From an uncultured Fibrobacterota bacterium (GTDB lineage: Bacteria > Fibrobacterota > Chitinivibrionia > Chitinivibrionales > FEN-1185): a stretch of DNA of 64,000 nt. The notes under the pieces are model-generated. The model saw only the letters and a program-made list of their open reading frames with translations. It was not told where the DNA came from and searched no databases. The translations under genes were made by a program, and so were the position numbers. Positions 9,816-18,463 of this stretch are shown here, one piece after another. How positions within the stretch are numbered: position 1 is the stretch's first letter; every line of letters begins with the position of its first letter. The stretch spans positions 128,001 through 192,000 of the forward strand of contig CAVWBU010000026.1 of assembly GCA_963753345.1 (NCBI GenBank), given 5' to 3'.

Positions 9816-11285
9816 ATGATGAAACGGGTGGGGAATGGAAGGAGGGCGCTCTTCGGGTCGCGCTTCCGCATTCCCCGAAAGGGCCGCATCCGCGTCGCCC
9901 TTGTCCTTATCGCCCTTGTCGCGGTTGTAAAGATTTTCAGCGCGAGGGAGCCACTTGATCGCGCTTCGGCGCCGGGCCCGGCCCCGACGGCTCCGGAAGA
10001 ACATGCCGTGCTGCCGTTGCCCGCGGCGGCACACGCCGCGCCGGCGCCGCTCGCTGCTGCACAAACCGCGCTCCCGTCGCAGCCGCATCATCCGCTGTTC
10101 GGCTTTTTCAAACCGGAAATTCCGCACCATGCTTTTTCGGCCTCGGTTCTTGCCGACCTGTTGAGGAAATATCCGCCCCGGCTCAACACGTCGTCCGACA
10201 CCGTTGCCTCAGGCGGCCGGTCATACGTTTTCCATTACAGCTTCGACAGCACGGTGGCGCGTTGCGGCCAGACGCTCCTCAGGCAATATCATCCTAAATA
10301 CGGCGCGGTTGTGGCGCTGGAGGCGGCCACCGGCAGGGTGCTGGCGCTCATCTCGTACACCAGAGAGGCGGAGCCGGCGCTGGGTGACAACCTGTACGGG
10401 CGGAGTCTGTTTCCCGCCGCATCGGTGTTCAAGACCGTCACGGCCTCGGCTGCCATCGAGAAAGGCCACATGAACCCTGACAGCAGGGTTCCGCTCGCGG
10501 GCCGCAGGTACACCCTTTACCGATTCCAACTCAAGGAGGAGCTCGCGGCCTACGAGCCGGTGTCGCTGCAGGACGCGTACGCCTACTCCATCAACCCGGT
10601 GTTCGGCAGGATAGGGTTGTATGTTCTGGGTCCGGAGATAATCCGCGAATACATGGGCAAGTTCGGGTTCAACTGCGAAATCCCCTTCGAACTTGACAAT
10701 GAGAAACCGGTTGCGGCCATCGCCGACAAAGACTCCGCGGTCCTTGTGGCGGAAATCGCCTCCGGCTTCAACGGGAAGACCAAGATGTCCCCGCTGTTCG
10801 GCGCCATGCTCGCCGCCGGCGTTTCGGAAAAGGGGCGCATGCCCGCCCCGTTCTTTGTGGACAGCGTGACTTGCGGCGACTCCTGCGTGGTGTTCCGCGC
10901 CGCACCGCGCGTGTGGCGCTCGCCCGTGCGCGAAAGCACGGCCGCCCTGCTCAAGGGAATGATGACGCGCGTGGCCCAGTACGGCACCGCGAGGAACTCA
11001 TTCCGGTATATCAAGCACTCATCCCAGTTCGACGACATCGAGTACGGCGGGAAGACGGGGTCGGTCGACGACGAGAAACTCGGCAAGGTGGATTGGTTCA
11101 TCGGCTTCGCCTCGAATCCTTCGGACGCGCGGCAGCGCATCGCCGTGGGCGTGGTGACGGTGCACGACCAGTTCTGGACCGTTCATTCGAGCTTTATCGG
11201 GGCCGAAATATTCAGGAAATACATACGCCGGACACAGAGCATGGAAAAGGCGGTGGTTAAGAATACGACGAGGCCGGTGGGATGA
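9816..11285 (+). CDS. Penicillin-binding protein (transpeptidase domain)
   Basis: SxxK (ASVFK), SxN (YSIN), KTG (GGKTGS) motifs; N-terminal TM; start uncertain. Confidence 0.88.
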   Translation: MMKRVGNGRRALFGSRFRIPRKGRIRVALVLIALVAVVKIFSAREPLDRASAPGPAPTAPEEHAVLPLPAAAHAAPAPLAAAQTALPSQPHHPLFGFFKPEIPHHAFSASVLADLLRKYPPRLNTSSDTVASGGRSYVFHYSFDSTVARCGQTLLRQYHPKYGAVVALEAATGRVLALISYTREAEPALGDNLYGRSLFPAASVFKTVTASAAIEKGHMNPDSRVPLAGRRYTLYRFQLKEELAAYEPVSLQDAYAYSINPVFGRIGLYVLGPEIIREYMGKFGFNCEIPFELDNEKPVAAIADKDSAVLVAEIASGFNGKTKMSPLFGAMLAAGVSEKGRMPAPFFVDSVTCGDSCVVFRAAPRVWRSPVRESTAALLKGMMTRVAQYGTARNSFRYIKHSSQFDDIEYGGKTGSVDDEKLGKVDWFIGFASNPSDARQRIAVGVVTVHDQFWTVHSSFIGAEIFRKYIRRTQSMEKAVVKNTTRPVG

Positions 11286-11309
11286 TTTGCAAATAATAAA
11301 TTATCTAGG

Positions 11310-11446
11310 CGGGGGAAGGCTCCCCCTCGCTCCGTCCTCCTCGGCCTCTGGCCTGCGGTGTCCTCCGCTACCCCCTCCTGGGTGCACCCCAAGAGGGAGC
11401 AGTTGCAAGAATCAAGCACCCGTGTGGGGGCACCCGCGGAGAGCAG
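11310..11446 (+). repeat. Dispersed palindromic repeat family B, copy 1
   Basis: GGGGGAAGGCTCCCCCTCGCTCCG...CCTCCGCTACCCCCTCCTGGGTG...GGGGGCACCC, shared with copies at 14748, 18280, 58461 and 61160. Confidence 0.85.
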
Positions 11447-11565
11447 CTGGTACGGCGCTCGGTTTTTTGATTTTCAATTGCCGCGAAGCGGCATACCGCA
11501 ATGGTTGCGTTGCGAAGGGGCGTCGCTTCGCGAGCGTCAAGCGAGCGACTTCGGCGCGCCCCATC

Positions 11566-11652
11566 GCAGGAGGGGGTGTGCCCCAAGACCCCGCAGGCCG
11601 TAGGCCGAGGAGGCTTGGGGCCAGGGGGAAACGCGAAGCGGTGCCCCCACCA
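11566..11652 (-). repeat. Family B-related variant, inverted relative to copy 1
   Basis: Reverse strand reads GGGGGCACCGCTTCGCGTTTCCCCCTGG...CACACCCCCTCCTG; ACGCGAAGCGGTGCCCCCAC recurs near 12755-12773. Confidence 0.6.
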
Positions 11653-11673
11653 GAGCTTTTTGATATACAATTT

Positions 11674-12582
11674 ATGGAAAATTTGAAATCAAATTCCCGC
11701 TCAGCATTCATTGCCCTTGCGGGAAGACCCAATTCCGGCAAGTCCACGCTCATGAACACCGTGCTGGGCGAGGAGCTTTCCATTGTGTCAACCATGCCCC
11801 AGACCACGCGCAAGAACCTGCGCGGCATCTACAATGCGCCCGGGCTCCAACTTGTGTTTATTGACACGCCGGGAATTCACCGGGGAAAGCACGCCTTTAA
11901 CGAGCGCATGCTCGAAGAGGCCGCGGCCGCGCTCAAGGACAATGCCGACATCGTGTGCTACATCGTGGACCTGGCACGGGAATTCGGCGAAGAGGAAGAC
12001 ATTGTGGCCCGCATCGTTTCCGGCGCAAAGGCGCCGTGCGTAATACTGTTTAACAAAAAGGACATCTGCGACGCGCCGGACGCCATGGTAAAAACGTTTT
12101 TCGAGCGCCATCCGGCGCTGGCGTCGGCACCGCATGCAGCCGTGAACGCCAAAGAACCCGCTACAAAAGAAATCTTTCTGCGTTTAATCGACCCCTTTAT
12201 TCCGGCCGGGCCCGCGCATTTCCCCCCGGATGACTTGACGGACGCGAACACAAGATTCTTTGCGGCCGAATATGTGCGCAAGCAGATCATCTACAACACC
12301 ACTGACGAAGTACCGCACGCCGCCCACGTGGAGATCACGGGATACCGCGAATCGCCGGCCCAGCATAATGTAGACGCGGTGATCTATGTGGAAACCGACG
12401 GACAGAAAGCCATCATCATAGGGAAGGCCGGCAGGCTCATAAAAAAAATTCAGGAACGGGCGAGCCAGGACCTGCAGAAGCTGACCGGCGTGCCGGCGTC
12501 GATACGGTGTCATGTGAGAGTGCGGAAGGGGTGGAGGGATGATGAAAGATTTTTAAAGCAGGCGGGGTATGGGAAACAATAG
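11674..12582 (+). CDS. era: GTPase Era
   Basis: GRPNSGKST, PQTTR, DTPG, NKKD motifs; C-terminal KH domain (IIIGKAG). Confidence 0.95.
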   Translation: MENLKSNSRSAFIALAGRPNSGKSTLMNTVLGEELSIVSTMPQTTRKNLRGIYNAPGLQLVFIDTPGIHRGKHAFNERMLEEAAAALKDNADIVCYIVDLAREFGEEEDIVARIVSGAKAPCVILFNKKDICDAPDAMVKTFFERHPALASAPHAAVNAKEPATKEIFLRLIDPFIPAGPAHFPPDDLTDANTRFFAAEYVRKQIIYNTTDEVPHAAHVEITGYRESPAQHNVDAVIYVETDGQKAIIIGKAGRLIKKIQERASQDLQKLTGVPASIRCHVRVRKGWRDDERFLKQAGYGKQ

Positions 12583-12908
12583 GAGCTTGAAGTAATTCTG
12601 TGGAAAAGAAAAGTGTGTGATGGTCCTGGAAGAATAAATCCAAAATAAAGATATGGAAAGGGCTCCGCCCTTTAGATCCCGCTAGGAAAATGCTTATTAT
12701 AATGCCCCTCCAACCTCCCCCCGGGGAGGCTTTCAACGGAAAGAGCACATAGCGACGCGAAGCGGTGCCCCCACTAAATTAATTATTAATATCCCGAGCT
12801 ATTTGTACATTCTTTACAGTAGCGCTTGAACCATCAACAAGTGTATTTTTTCATATTCTGAATTCTGATCCTCACCGTCACCGACTTCCGTCCCCCGGAG
12901 TGAGCCCT

Positions 12909-14729
12909 ATGTCCCGTTTCTTTCTTCGCATGTCCCTGTTGATTGTCCTTGCTTTGTGCTTCGTGTCGAAAGCGTCACCCCTTGACGATCCTCAGGTGGT
13001 TTACAAGAAGGCAACCGACTGCTACAAACAGGCGAAGTACGATTCCTGCTCGGCTGTGATCCGCTCGTTTCTCAAGGTCCATGGCAACGACAGCGCGGCG
13101 GAATACCTTGTGCCCCTTCTTATCGAGTCGAGCGTGCGGGAAAACGATTATGCGCTGGCGGGTCGCCTGTTCCAGATCTATCTCAAACGGTATCCCTCGT
13201 CCGTGTTCATGCCCCGGCTGTGGTATCTCGACGGACTGTTTCTTGCAAAAAGCGAAAGTTACACCGCCGCGCTCGCCGCGTTCTCCAACGCGCTGTCGGG
13301 CGGGGTGGCCGGCGGCCTCGACACGCTCACGCTCGCCAACGTCCAGAAGATGTGCGAGAAGGTGTTCACCGCCGACGAGCTCGACGCGCTCATTCCGCGC
13401 TCCGATCTGCATCCCCGCATCGCGGAGGTGCTGGCCTATTTTCAGATTGTAAAGCTGTTCGGCGCCGGCCAGCTGGTGCGCGCAAAGGAAAAGGCCGAGC
13501 GCTATCTCCGGGTCTACGACCGTGCGCCGCACGCCGCGGCGGTGAAGGAGTACATGAACAAGGCCAACGAGCTGGAGCGCGGCCAGGTTCAGATCGGGGT
13601 TCTGGCGCCGCTCTCGGGCTACGATGCCGACATCGGCAAGCAGATCGTGACCGGCGCGCAGGTGGCGTTCGACCAGTACGCGGCGTCGACCGGCGCCAGG
13701 CTCAACCTTGTCACATGCGACACGCGCGGGAACATGATAGAGACCGCGAAGAAGACCAAGGAACTCCTTACGGAGCACCATGTTCCCGTCATCCTGGGGC
13801 CTGTGCTGTCGCAGGAGGCGATCGTTGCGGCGTCGATCCTGATGGACAAGGACGCGGTGATGGTGTCCCCCACGGCGACCGACGACGGCATTGCCGGGAT
13901 GGGGCCGAACATTTTCCAGATGAACGTCACGCTCGCCACCCTGGGCGCCAAGATCGCCCGCTATGCAATGGACAATCTTAACATCCGCGACTTCGCGATC
14001 ATCGGCCCGTCGTCCGACTACGCCAGGGACCTGGCCCGCGGCTTCCGCAGGGAGGTGGAGAAGAGCGGCAGGGAGATTGTGTCCGAGGAGAGCTACGAAG
14101 AAGGGACCAAGGATTTCAAGGTGCAGTTTGACAACCTGAAGACCAAACTCATCATGCGTAAGCAGCAGCGCACAGCCGTGGAAAAAAGCCTGGCCGGCGA
14201 CGCGCAGCCGTCCCCGAAGACCGACCCCAAACTTGCCGCCGCCGCGGACTCCGGCTATGAGATCGGCGGTATCTTCCTTCCGGCAGAGGCCGAGGACGTG
14301 GTGATGCTCGCGCCGCAGGTGCCCTATCACCATATCAGGACGCAGTTGCTCGGTTCCACCGGCTGGCACAACCCGAAGACCATCGCCGACGGAAGGGAAT
14401 ACGTGAACAACGCGCTCTTCTCCTCGAACCTTTCGGTCGGCCTCGCCGAAACCAAGGACTGGCAGGATTTCAAGGCACTTTACAAAAGCAAGTTCGGCGC
14501 CGATCCTGACCGCGTCGCCGCCCTCGGCTACGACGCCGCCTCACTCATCACTCAGGCGCTGCGGCAGGCGGGCGTGTCGGCGTCGGCATCCCAGATTTCG
14601 CAGGTCCTCGCATCAATCAAGAACTACAAGGGAGCGTCCGGCCTTATATCATTCGATCCCGCGCAGAGGATCAATACCGAGGCGTCGATTATTAAAATTA
14701 AAGACAAACAATTTATTAGAGTCCAATAA
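12909..14729 (+). CDS. TPR plus periplasmic binding protein type 1 domain protein (LpoA-like penicillin-binding protein activator)
   Basis: Signal peptide; helical repeats; IGVLAPLSG, ILGPVLS, AALGYDA, YKGASGLISFD. Confidence 0.75.
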   Translation: MSRFFLRMSLLIVLALCFVSKASPLDDPQVVYKKATDCYKQAKYDSCSAVIRSFLKVHGNDSAAEYLVPLLIESSVRENDYALAGRLFQIYLKRYPSSVFMPRLWYLDGLFLAKSESYTAALAAFSNALSGGVAGGLDTLTLANVQKMCEKVFTADELDALIPRSDLHPRIAEVLAYFQIVKLFGAGQLVRAKEKAERYLRVYDRAPHAAAVKEYMNKANELERGQVQIGVLAPLSGYDADIGKQIVTGAQVAFDQYAASTGARLNLVTCDTRGNMIETAKKTKELLTEHHVPVILGPVLSQEAIVAASILMDKDAVMVSPTATDDGIAGMGPNIFQMNVTLATLGAKIARYAMDNLNIRDFAIIGPSSDYARDLARGFRREVEKSGREIVSEESYEEGTKDFKVQFDNLKTKLIMRKQQRTAVEKSLAGDAQPSPKTDPKLAAAADSGYEIGGIFLPAEAEDVVMLAPQVPYHHIRTQLLGSTGWHNPKTIADGREYVNNALFSSNLSVGLAETKDWQDFKALYKSKFGADPDRVAALGYDAASLITQALRQAGVSASASQISQVLASIKNYKGASGLISFDPAQRINTEASIIKIKDKQFIRVQ

Positions 14730-14747
14730 TAGAAGATAATTAACATG

Positions 14748-15135
14748 TGGGGGAGGTTTCCCCCTCGCTCCGGCCGCCTTCGGCGTCCTCCGCTACCCCC
14801 TCCTGGGTGGCTCCCTTGACAAAGTGGCTGCAAGACCAAACATTGCTGCGGGGGCACCCACGAAGAGCAGTTGAGAGGTTGATAAGTTGAGGAGTTGAGA
14901 AGAATAATCGCCCTGACTCATAGATTGTGCAAAGCGATTGGCGCGAGAAAGGGAAATTGACTAAATAGAATTCCGATGCCGCGCGTTAGGGGCGACTGAA
15001 GGCCGCGCTGGAGCGCGGTGCTGCCTGACCACGGCCCGCAGGGCCTTTGTGGCAGGCAGCCCGAGGCCGAAGGCCGAGACCGGAAGGAGAACCGGCCCGA
15101 GCCTGAGTCTTGACGAAGGCGAGGGGAACGCCCAA
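14748..15135. repeat. Composite repeat: family B(+) 14748-14869, 8-mer GTTGAGRA tandem 14869-14903, family A(-) 14938-15135
   Basis: Direct comparison with the other copies in this window. Confidence 0.85.
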
Positions 15136-15159
15136 GTAAACTACTAAAATTAGTATTCA

Positions 15160-16017
15160 ATGCATTTATTCTACTTTATCAAAGAAGCATTCCGCGGGTT
15201 CTACCAGGCAAAGCTCATGACCTTTGTCTCGGTGGCGACCATCGGGCTCACCCTGTTTTTTCTGGGGTGCATGGCCGTGGGATACATCAACGTGCGGCAG
15301 GGACTCAGGTCGGCGGCCGGCCGCGTGGCGGCCGTGGTGTATGTGAAGGACGGCGCGGCCGCCGACACCGCAAAGCTCGCCGCGCTCGTGGCGCGGGTGC
15401 GCGCCTGCCCGCAGGTCGCGTCGGCGCGCGTTGTGGACAAACAGGAAGCATGGCAGCGGTTCAAGACGCAGAACGACAGCGCCATGCTCCAGGCGGTCGA
15501 CGAAAACCCGTTTCCCGTGTCCATCGAGCTCGTTCTGGCCGAGACATCGCGTTCCGCGGCGTCGCTCGAGACGCTGTCGCGCGAACTGACGGCCATCGAC
15601 GGGGTCGAGGACTTCCGGATGTCGACCTCGGAGCTGCAGCAGCTCGAGCGCTACACAACGCTGTTTCTGATCGGGACGATCATTTTCTTTATCGTGCTCG
15701 TGGTCGCTCCCAACGTGATGATTGCCAACACCATCAAGCTCACCATCTACGCGAGGCGCGAGCTTATCCGCAATATGCACTTCGTGGGCGCGACGCCCGC
15801 GTACATCAAGGCGCCGTTTATTCTCGAAGGCATGCTGCAGGGCGTGTTCGGCGGGTGCTTCGGCGCGGCTGCGCTCCTTCTTGTCAAGCTGGCGCTCGCG
15901 CATTTCCTCCTTTCATGGGGGCCATGGTACCTGATTGTCTCACTCTTTGTCGCGACGGGGGCGCTGTTCGGGTGCATAGGAAGCATGAGCGCGGTTCGCA
16001 GATTCCTCGTGTCCTGA
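15160..16017 (+). CDS. ftsX: Cell division permease FtsX
   Basis: ENPFP.S, IANTIKLTIYARRE.I..M..VGAT..YI..PF..EG motifs; directly upstream of an envC-like gene. Confidence 0.92.
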   Translation: MHLFYFIKEAFRGFYQAKLMTFVSVATIGLTLFFLGCMAVGYINVRQGLRSAAGRVAAVVYVKDGAAADTAKLAALVARVRACPQVASARVVDKQEAWQRFKTQNDSAMLQAVDENPFPVSIELVLAETSRSAASLETLSRELTAIDGVEDFRMSTSELQQLERYTTLFLIGTIIFFIVLVVAPNVMIANTIKLTIYARRELIRNMHFVGATPAYIKAPFILEGMLQGVFGGCFGAAALLLVKLALAHFLLSWGPWYLIVSLFVATGALFGCIGSMSAVRRFLVS

Positions 16018-17225
16018 TAGCGGTCCTCGCTGTCGGGTGCTGTATCCCGCTGTTTGCAAAAAACAACAGGAAACCCGCGGCCGCGCTCGCGCCCGCGCCT
16101 GTCGTAAGCGCGGACTATGAAAAAAAAATCGAAGAGAAAAACGCGGTCCTCGACTCGATAAAAAACGAGCTTGAAAAGGGCAGGCGGAAACTGCGCGAGC
16201 TTGCCGGCCAGGAGGGCACGGTGGTCGCGCAGCTCGAACAGGTGGAAGAAAACATCGCCACGTCGGAGGCCTACCTTCTCCGGATCGCGGTGAAAATCGA
16301 TTCGACGTCGCGTTCCGTTACCGCCCTCGGCGCGAGCCTGGATTCGGCAGACCGGGAGCTTGCGTGGCGCCAGGGTCTCATGAAGAAGCGCCTGCGCGCC
16401 ATGTACAAGTCGGGCCCCGTGGCAATGACCGGGCTCCTCCTCGCGTCGCGCTCCATTGCCGACATGCTCAACCGCGCCCGGTACTACCGCGAGCTCAACC
16501 GCTACGACCGCAGGCTCATGGCCGGCATCGACGCCGTGAGGAAGAGGATCGCGCTTGACAAGTCGGCGCTCGAGCGCGAGGAGAAGCGGCTCACCGCGCT
16601 CAAGTGCGACAAGGAGACCGAGCACGGCGCGCTCGTGGCCGAGCAGGCGTCGCACGAAAAGCTCCTTGCCCAGGTGCGGTCGCAGAAAGACGCGTATGTC
16701 AAGATGATCAGGGAGCTCGAGGCGGCCCAGCGGGAGGTGGAGAACATCGTGGCGACGCTGGAGAAGAGCAGGCGCACCAAACCGCGCTCCGCGTGGGAAA
16801 AGAGCCTGAACGCCACGTTTGAAAAGGAGAAAGGCTCTCTGCCGTGGCCCGTTGCCGGGAGCGTGGTCGCCGAATTCGGCAGGGTGGTGCACTCGGTGTA
16901 CAAGACCGTCACCAACAACACGGGCATCGACATCAGCGCGGAGAAGGGCGAAACGGTGTACTGCGTCGCGTCGGGCAAGGTGGTCTACGTGGGCTGGATG
17001 CGCGGGCTGGGCAAGCTTGTCATTGTGGACCACGGAGGCTACTATACAACGTACGCCAGGCTCGAAGAGACGCGGGTGTCCAAGGACGATAAGGTCGCCG
17101 CCGGAACCGTGCTCGGCATCGTGGGCGAGCCCAACCCGTTCGATCCGCCGAAATTGCATTTTGAGATAAGAAAATCGACAGAAGCGATGGATCCGGCGGA
17201 GTGGCTGGGGAAAAAGAAGAAGTGA
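15972..17225 (+). CDS. envC: Murein hydrolase activator EnvC family (coiled coil plus M23 domain)
   Basis: Signal peptide from GTG 15972 (start inferred); coiled coil; KGSLPWPV, NTGIDI, LHFEIR. Confidence 0.85.
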   Translation: MHRKHERGSQIPRVLIAVLAVGCCIPLFAKNNRKPAAALAPAPVVSADYEKKIEEKNAVLDSIKNELEKGRRKLRELAGQEGTVVAQLEQVEENIATSEAYLLRIAVKIDSTSRSVTALGASLDSADRELAWRQGLMKKRLRAMYKSGPVAMTGLLLASRSIADMLNRARYYRELNRYDRRLMAGIDAVRKRIALDKSALEREEKRLTALKCDKETEHGALVAEQASHEKLLAQVRSQKDAYVKMIRELEAAQREVENIVATLEKSRRTKPRSAWEKSLNATFEKEKGSLPWPVAGSVVAEFGRVVHSVYKTVTNNTGIDISAEKGETVYCVASGKVVYVGWMRGLGKLVIVDHGGYYTTYARLEETRVSKDDKVAAGTVLGIVGEPNPFDPPKLHFEIRKSTEAMDPAEWLGKKKK

Positions 17226-17266
17226 AAATGGGGCGGAAGATAATAGCAAACAAAGAAAGAGAAGAG

Positions 17267-17464
17267 TTGGGCGTTCCCCTCGCCCTCGCTAACGCTCGGT
17301 CTCGGGTCGGCCGTCCTTCCGGTCTCGGCCTTCGGCCTCGGGCTGCCTGCCACGAGGGCCCAGCGGGCCGTGGTCAGGCAGCACCGCGCTCCGGCGCAGC
17401 CTCCAGTCCTGCCTAACGCGTGGCAACTGGAATCTATTCTGTCAATTAGCTTTTCTTGCGCCAA
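17267..17464 (+). repeat. Dispersed structured repeat family A (stand-alone copy)
   Basis: TTGGGCGTTCCCC...GGGTCGG...CCTAACGCG...TGTCAA...TCTTGCGCCAA. Confidence 0.88.
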
Positions 17465-17621
17465 TCGGCATCCGCAACAAAATCGATATCCGCATGACCT
17501 CTTTGAATTCTGAACGTTTCAACTATTCAACGTTTCAACGCTTTTTCTTCTCAACTTCTCAACATAAGATAAGCAACGGATGTGGCGGCTATCCCACTTT
17601 GTCTAAACATCTCGAAGAGGA

Positions 17622-17867
17622 TCAGAGCTGGGTGCAGAACAACGGGCAGAGTTTCGGCTTTGAGCTGTTGCAGTACTTCTTGTTAATTGAGTTAATGATT
17701 CCCGCGATGGCGTCCTCGGATTCGGTCCGGACCCGTATGGATTTTTTCTGCAGCGTGACCACGGAAACATTCCCCAATGACCCGATCCACTTCAGATCGT
17801 CGTCGGCGAAATTGCTGTTCTCCACGATCTTGAAGGTTCTTGTCTGTGAAGTATGGTTGTAGTACAT
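17622..17867 (-). CDS. Small hypothetical protein (about 81 aa)
   Basis: ORF from MYYNHT with GGGGA RBS; lies between two family A repeats. Confidence 0.55.
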   Translation of the reverse strand: MYYNHTSQTRTFKIVENSNFADDDLKWIGSLGNVSVVTLQKKSIRVRTESEDAIAGIINSINKKYCNSSKPKLCPLFCTQL

Positions 17868-17997
17868 CGCGTCCCCCGGGACTGTTAAAGGACTTGATTC
17901 GCGATAGGCAGGCTCGTAAGCTAACATACATCGTCGCTGGGGACAAGGCGGGGTATATCGAAAGTTTGATTAAGGCGTCTGAGTTCAAGATGAATAC

Positions 17998-18433
17998 TTG
18001 GGCGTTTCCCTCGCTTCGCTCGGGTCGGCCGTCCTTACGGTCTCGGCCTGCGGCCTCGGGCTGCCTGCCACGAGGGCCCTGCGGGCCGTGTTCAGGCAGC
18101 ACCGCGCTCCATCGCGGCCTTCAGTCCTGCCTAACGCGCGGCAGACGAAATAAATTCTGTCAATTTATTTGTTGCGCCAACTGCATCCGCTTGAAAACTA
18201 CTGTCAACTGCCAACTGTCAACCGTCAACTTGCTTACCTCTTTTCTTCTCAACTCCTCAACTTCTCAACCTCTCAACTACTCTTCGTGGGTGCCGCCACA
18301 ACGATGTGTGGTCTAGCATCCATCTTGTCAAGGCGGCCACCCAGGAGGGGGTAGCGCAGGACCGGCGCGCAATTGACAATGAGTGACAAAACAAACGCGC
18401 GCCGGTCCGGAGCGAGGGGGATACATCCCCCGC
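17998..18433. repeat. Composite repeat, inverted relative to 14748: family A(+) 17998-18180, 7-mer and 8-mer tandems 18198-18277, family B(-) 18280-18433
   Basis: Mirror image of the 14748-15135 composite, including the GGCACCCACGAAGAG-GTTGAG tandem junction. Confidence 0.85.
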
Positions 18434-18463
18434 CAGATTATTCTTTGCTCTTAGAGTAATTTC

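Noticed and set aside
11287-11673. N-terminal extension of Era in the ORF track
   Set aside because: It runs through repeat DNA; the Era-like sequence begins at ATG 11674
15267-15971. Long N-terminal extension of envC
   Set aside because: Off-frame overlap with ftsX; signal-peptide-like sequence begins only near 15972
17420-17464. Family A tail as a sigma-70 or sigma-54 promoter (TTGGCGC and TTGACA on the reverse strand)
   Set aside because: No correctly spaced -10 TATAAT or -12 TTGC element; not supportable without TSS data
14748-18433. Repeats as a CRISPR array
   Set aside because: Units are long, dispersed and imperfect, with no regular repeat-spacer periodicity and no cas genes in the window
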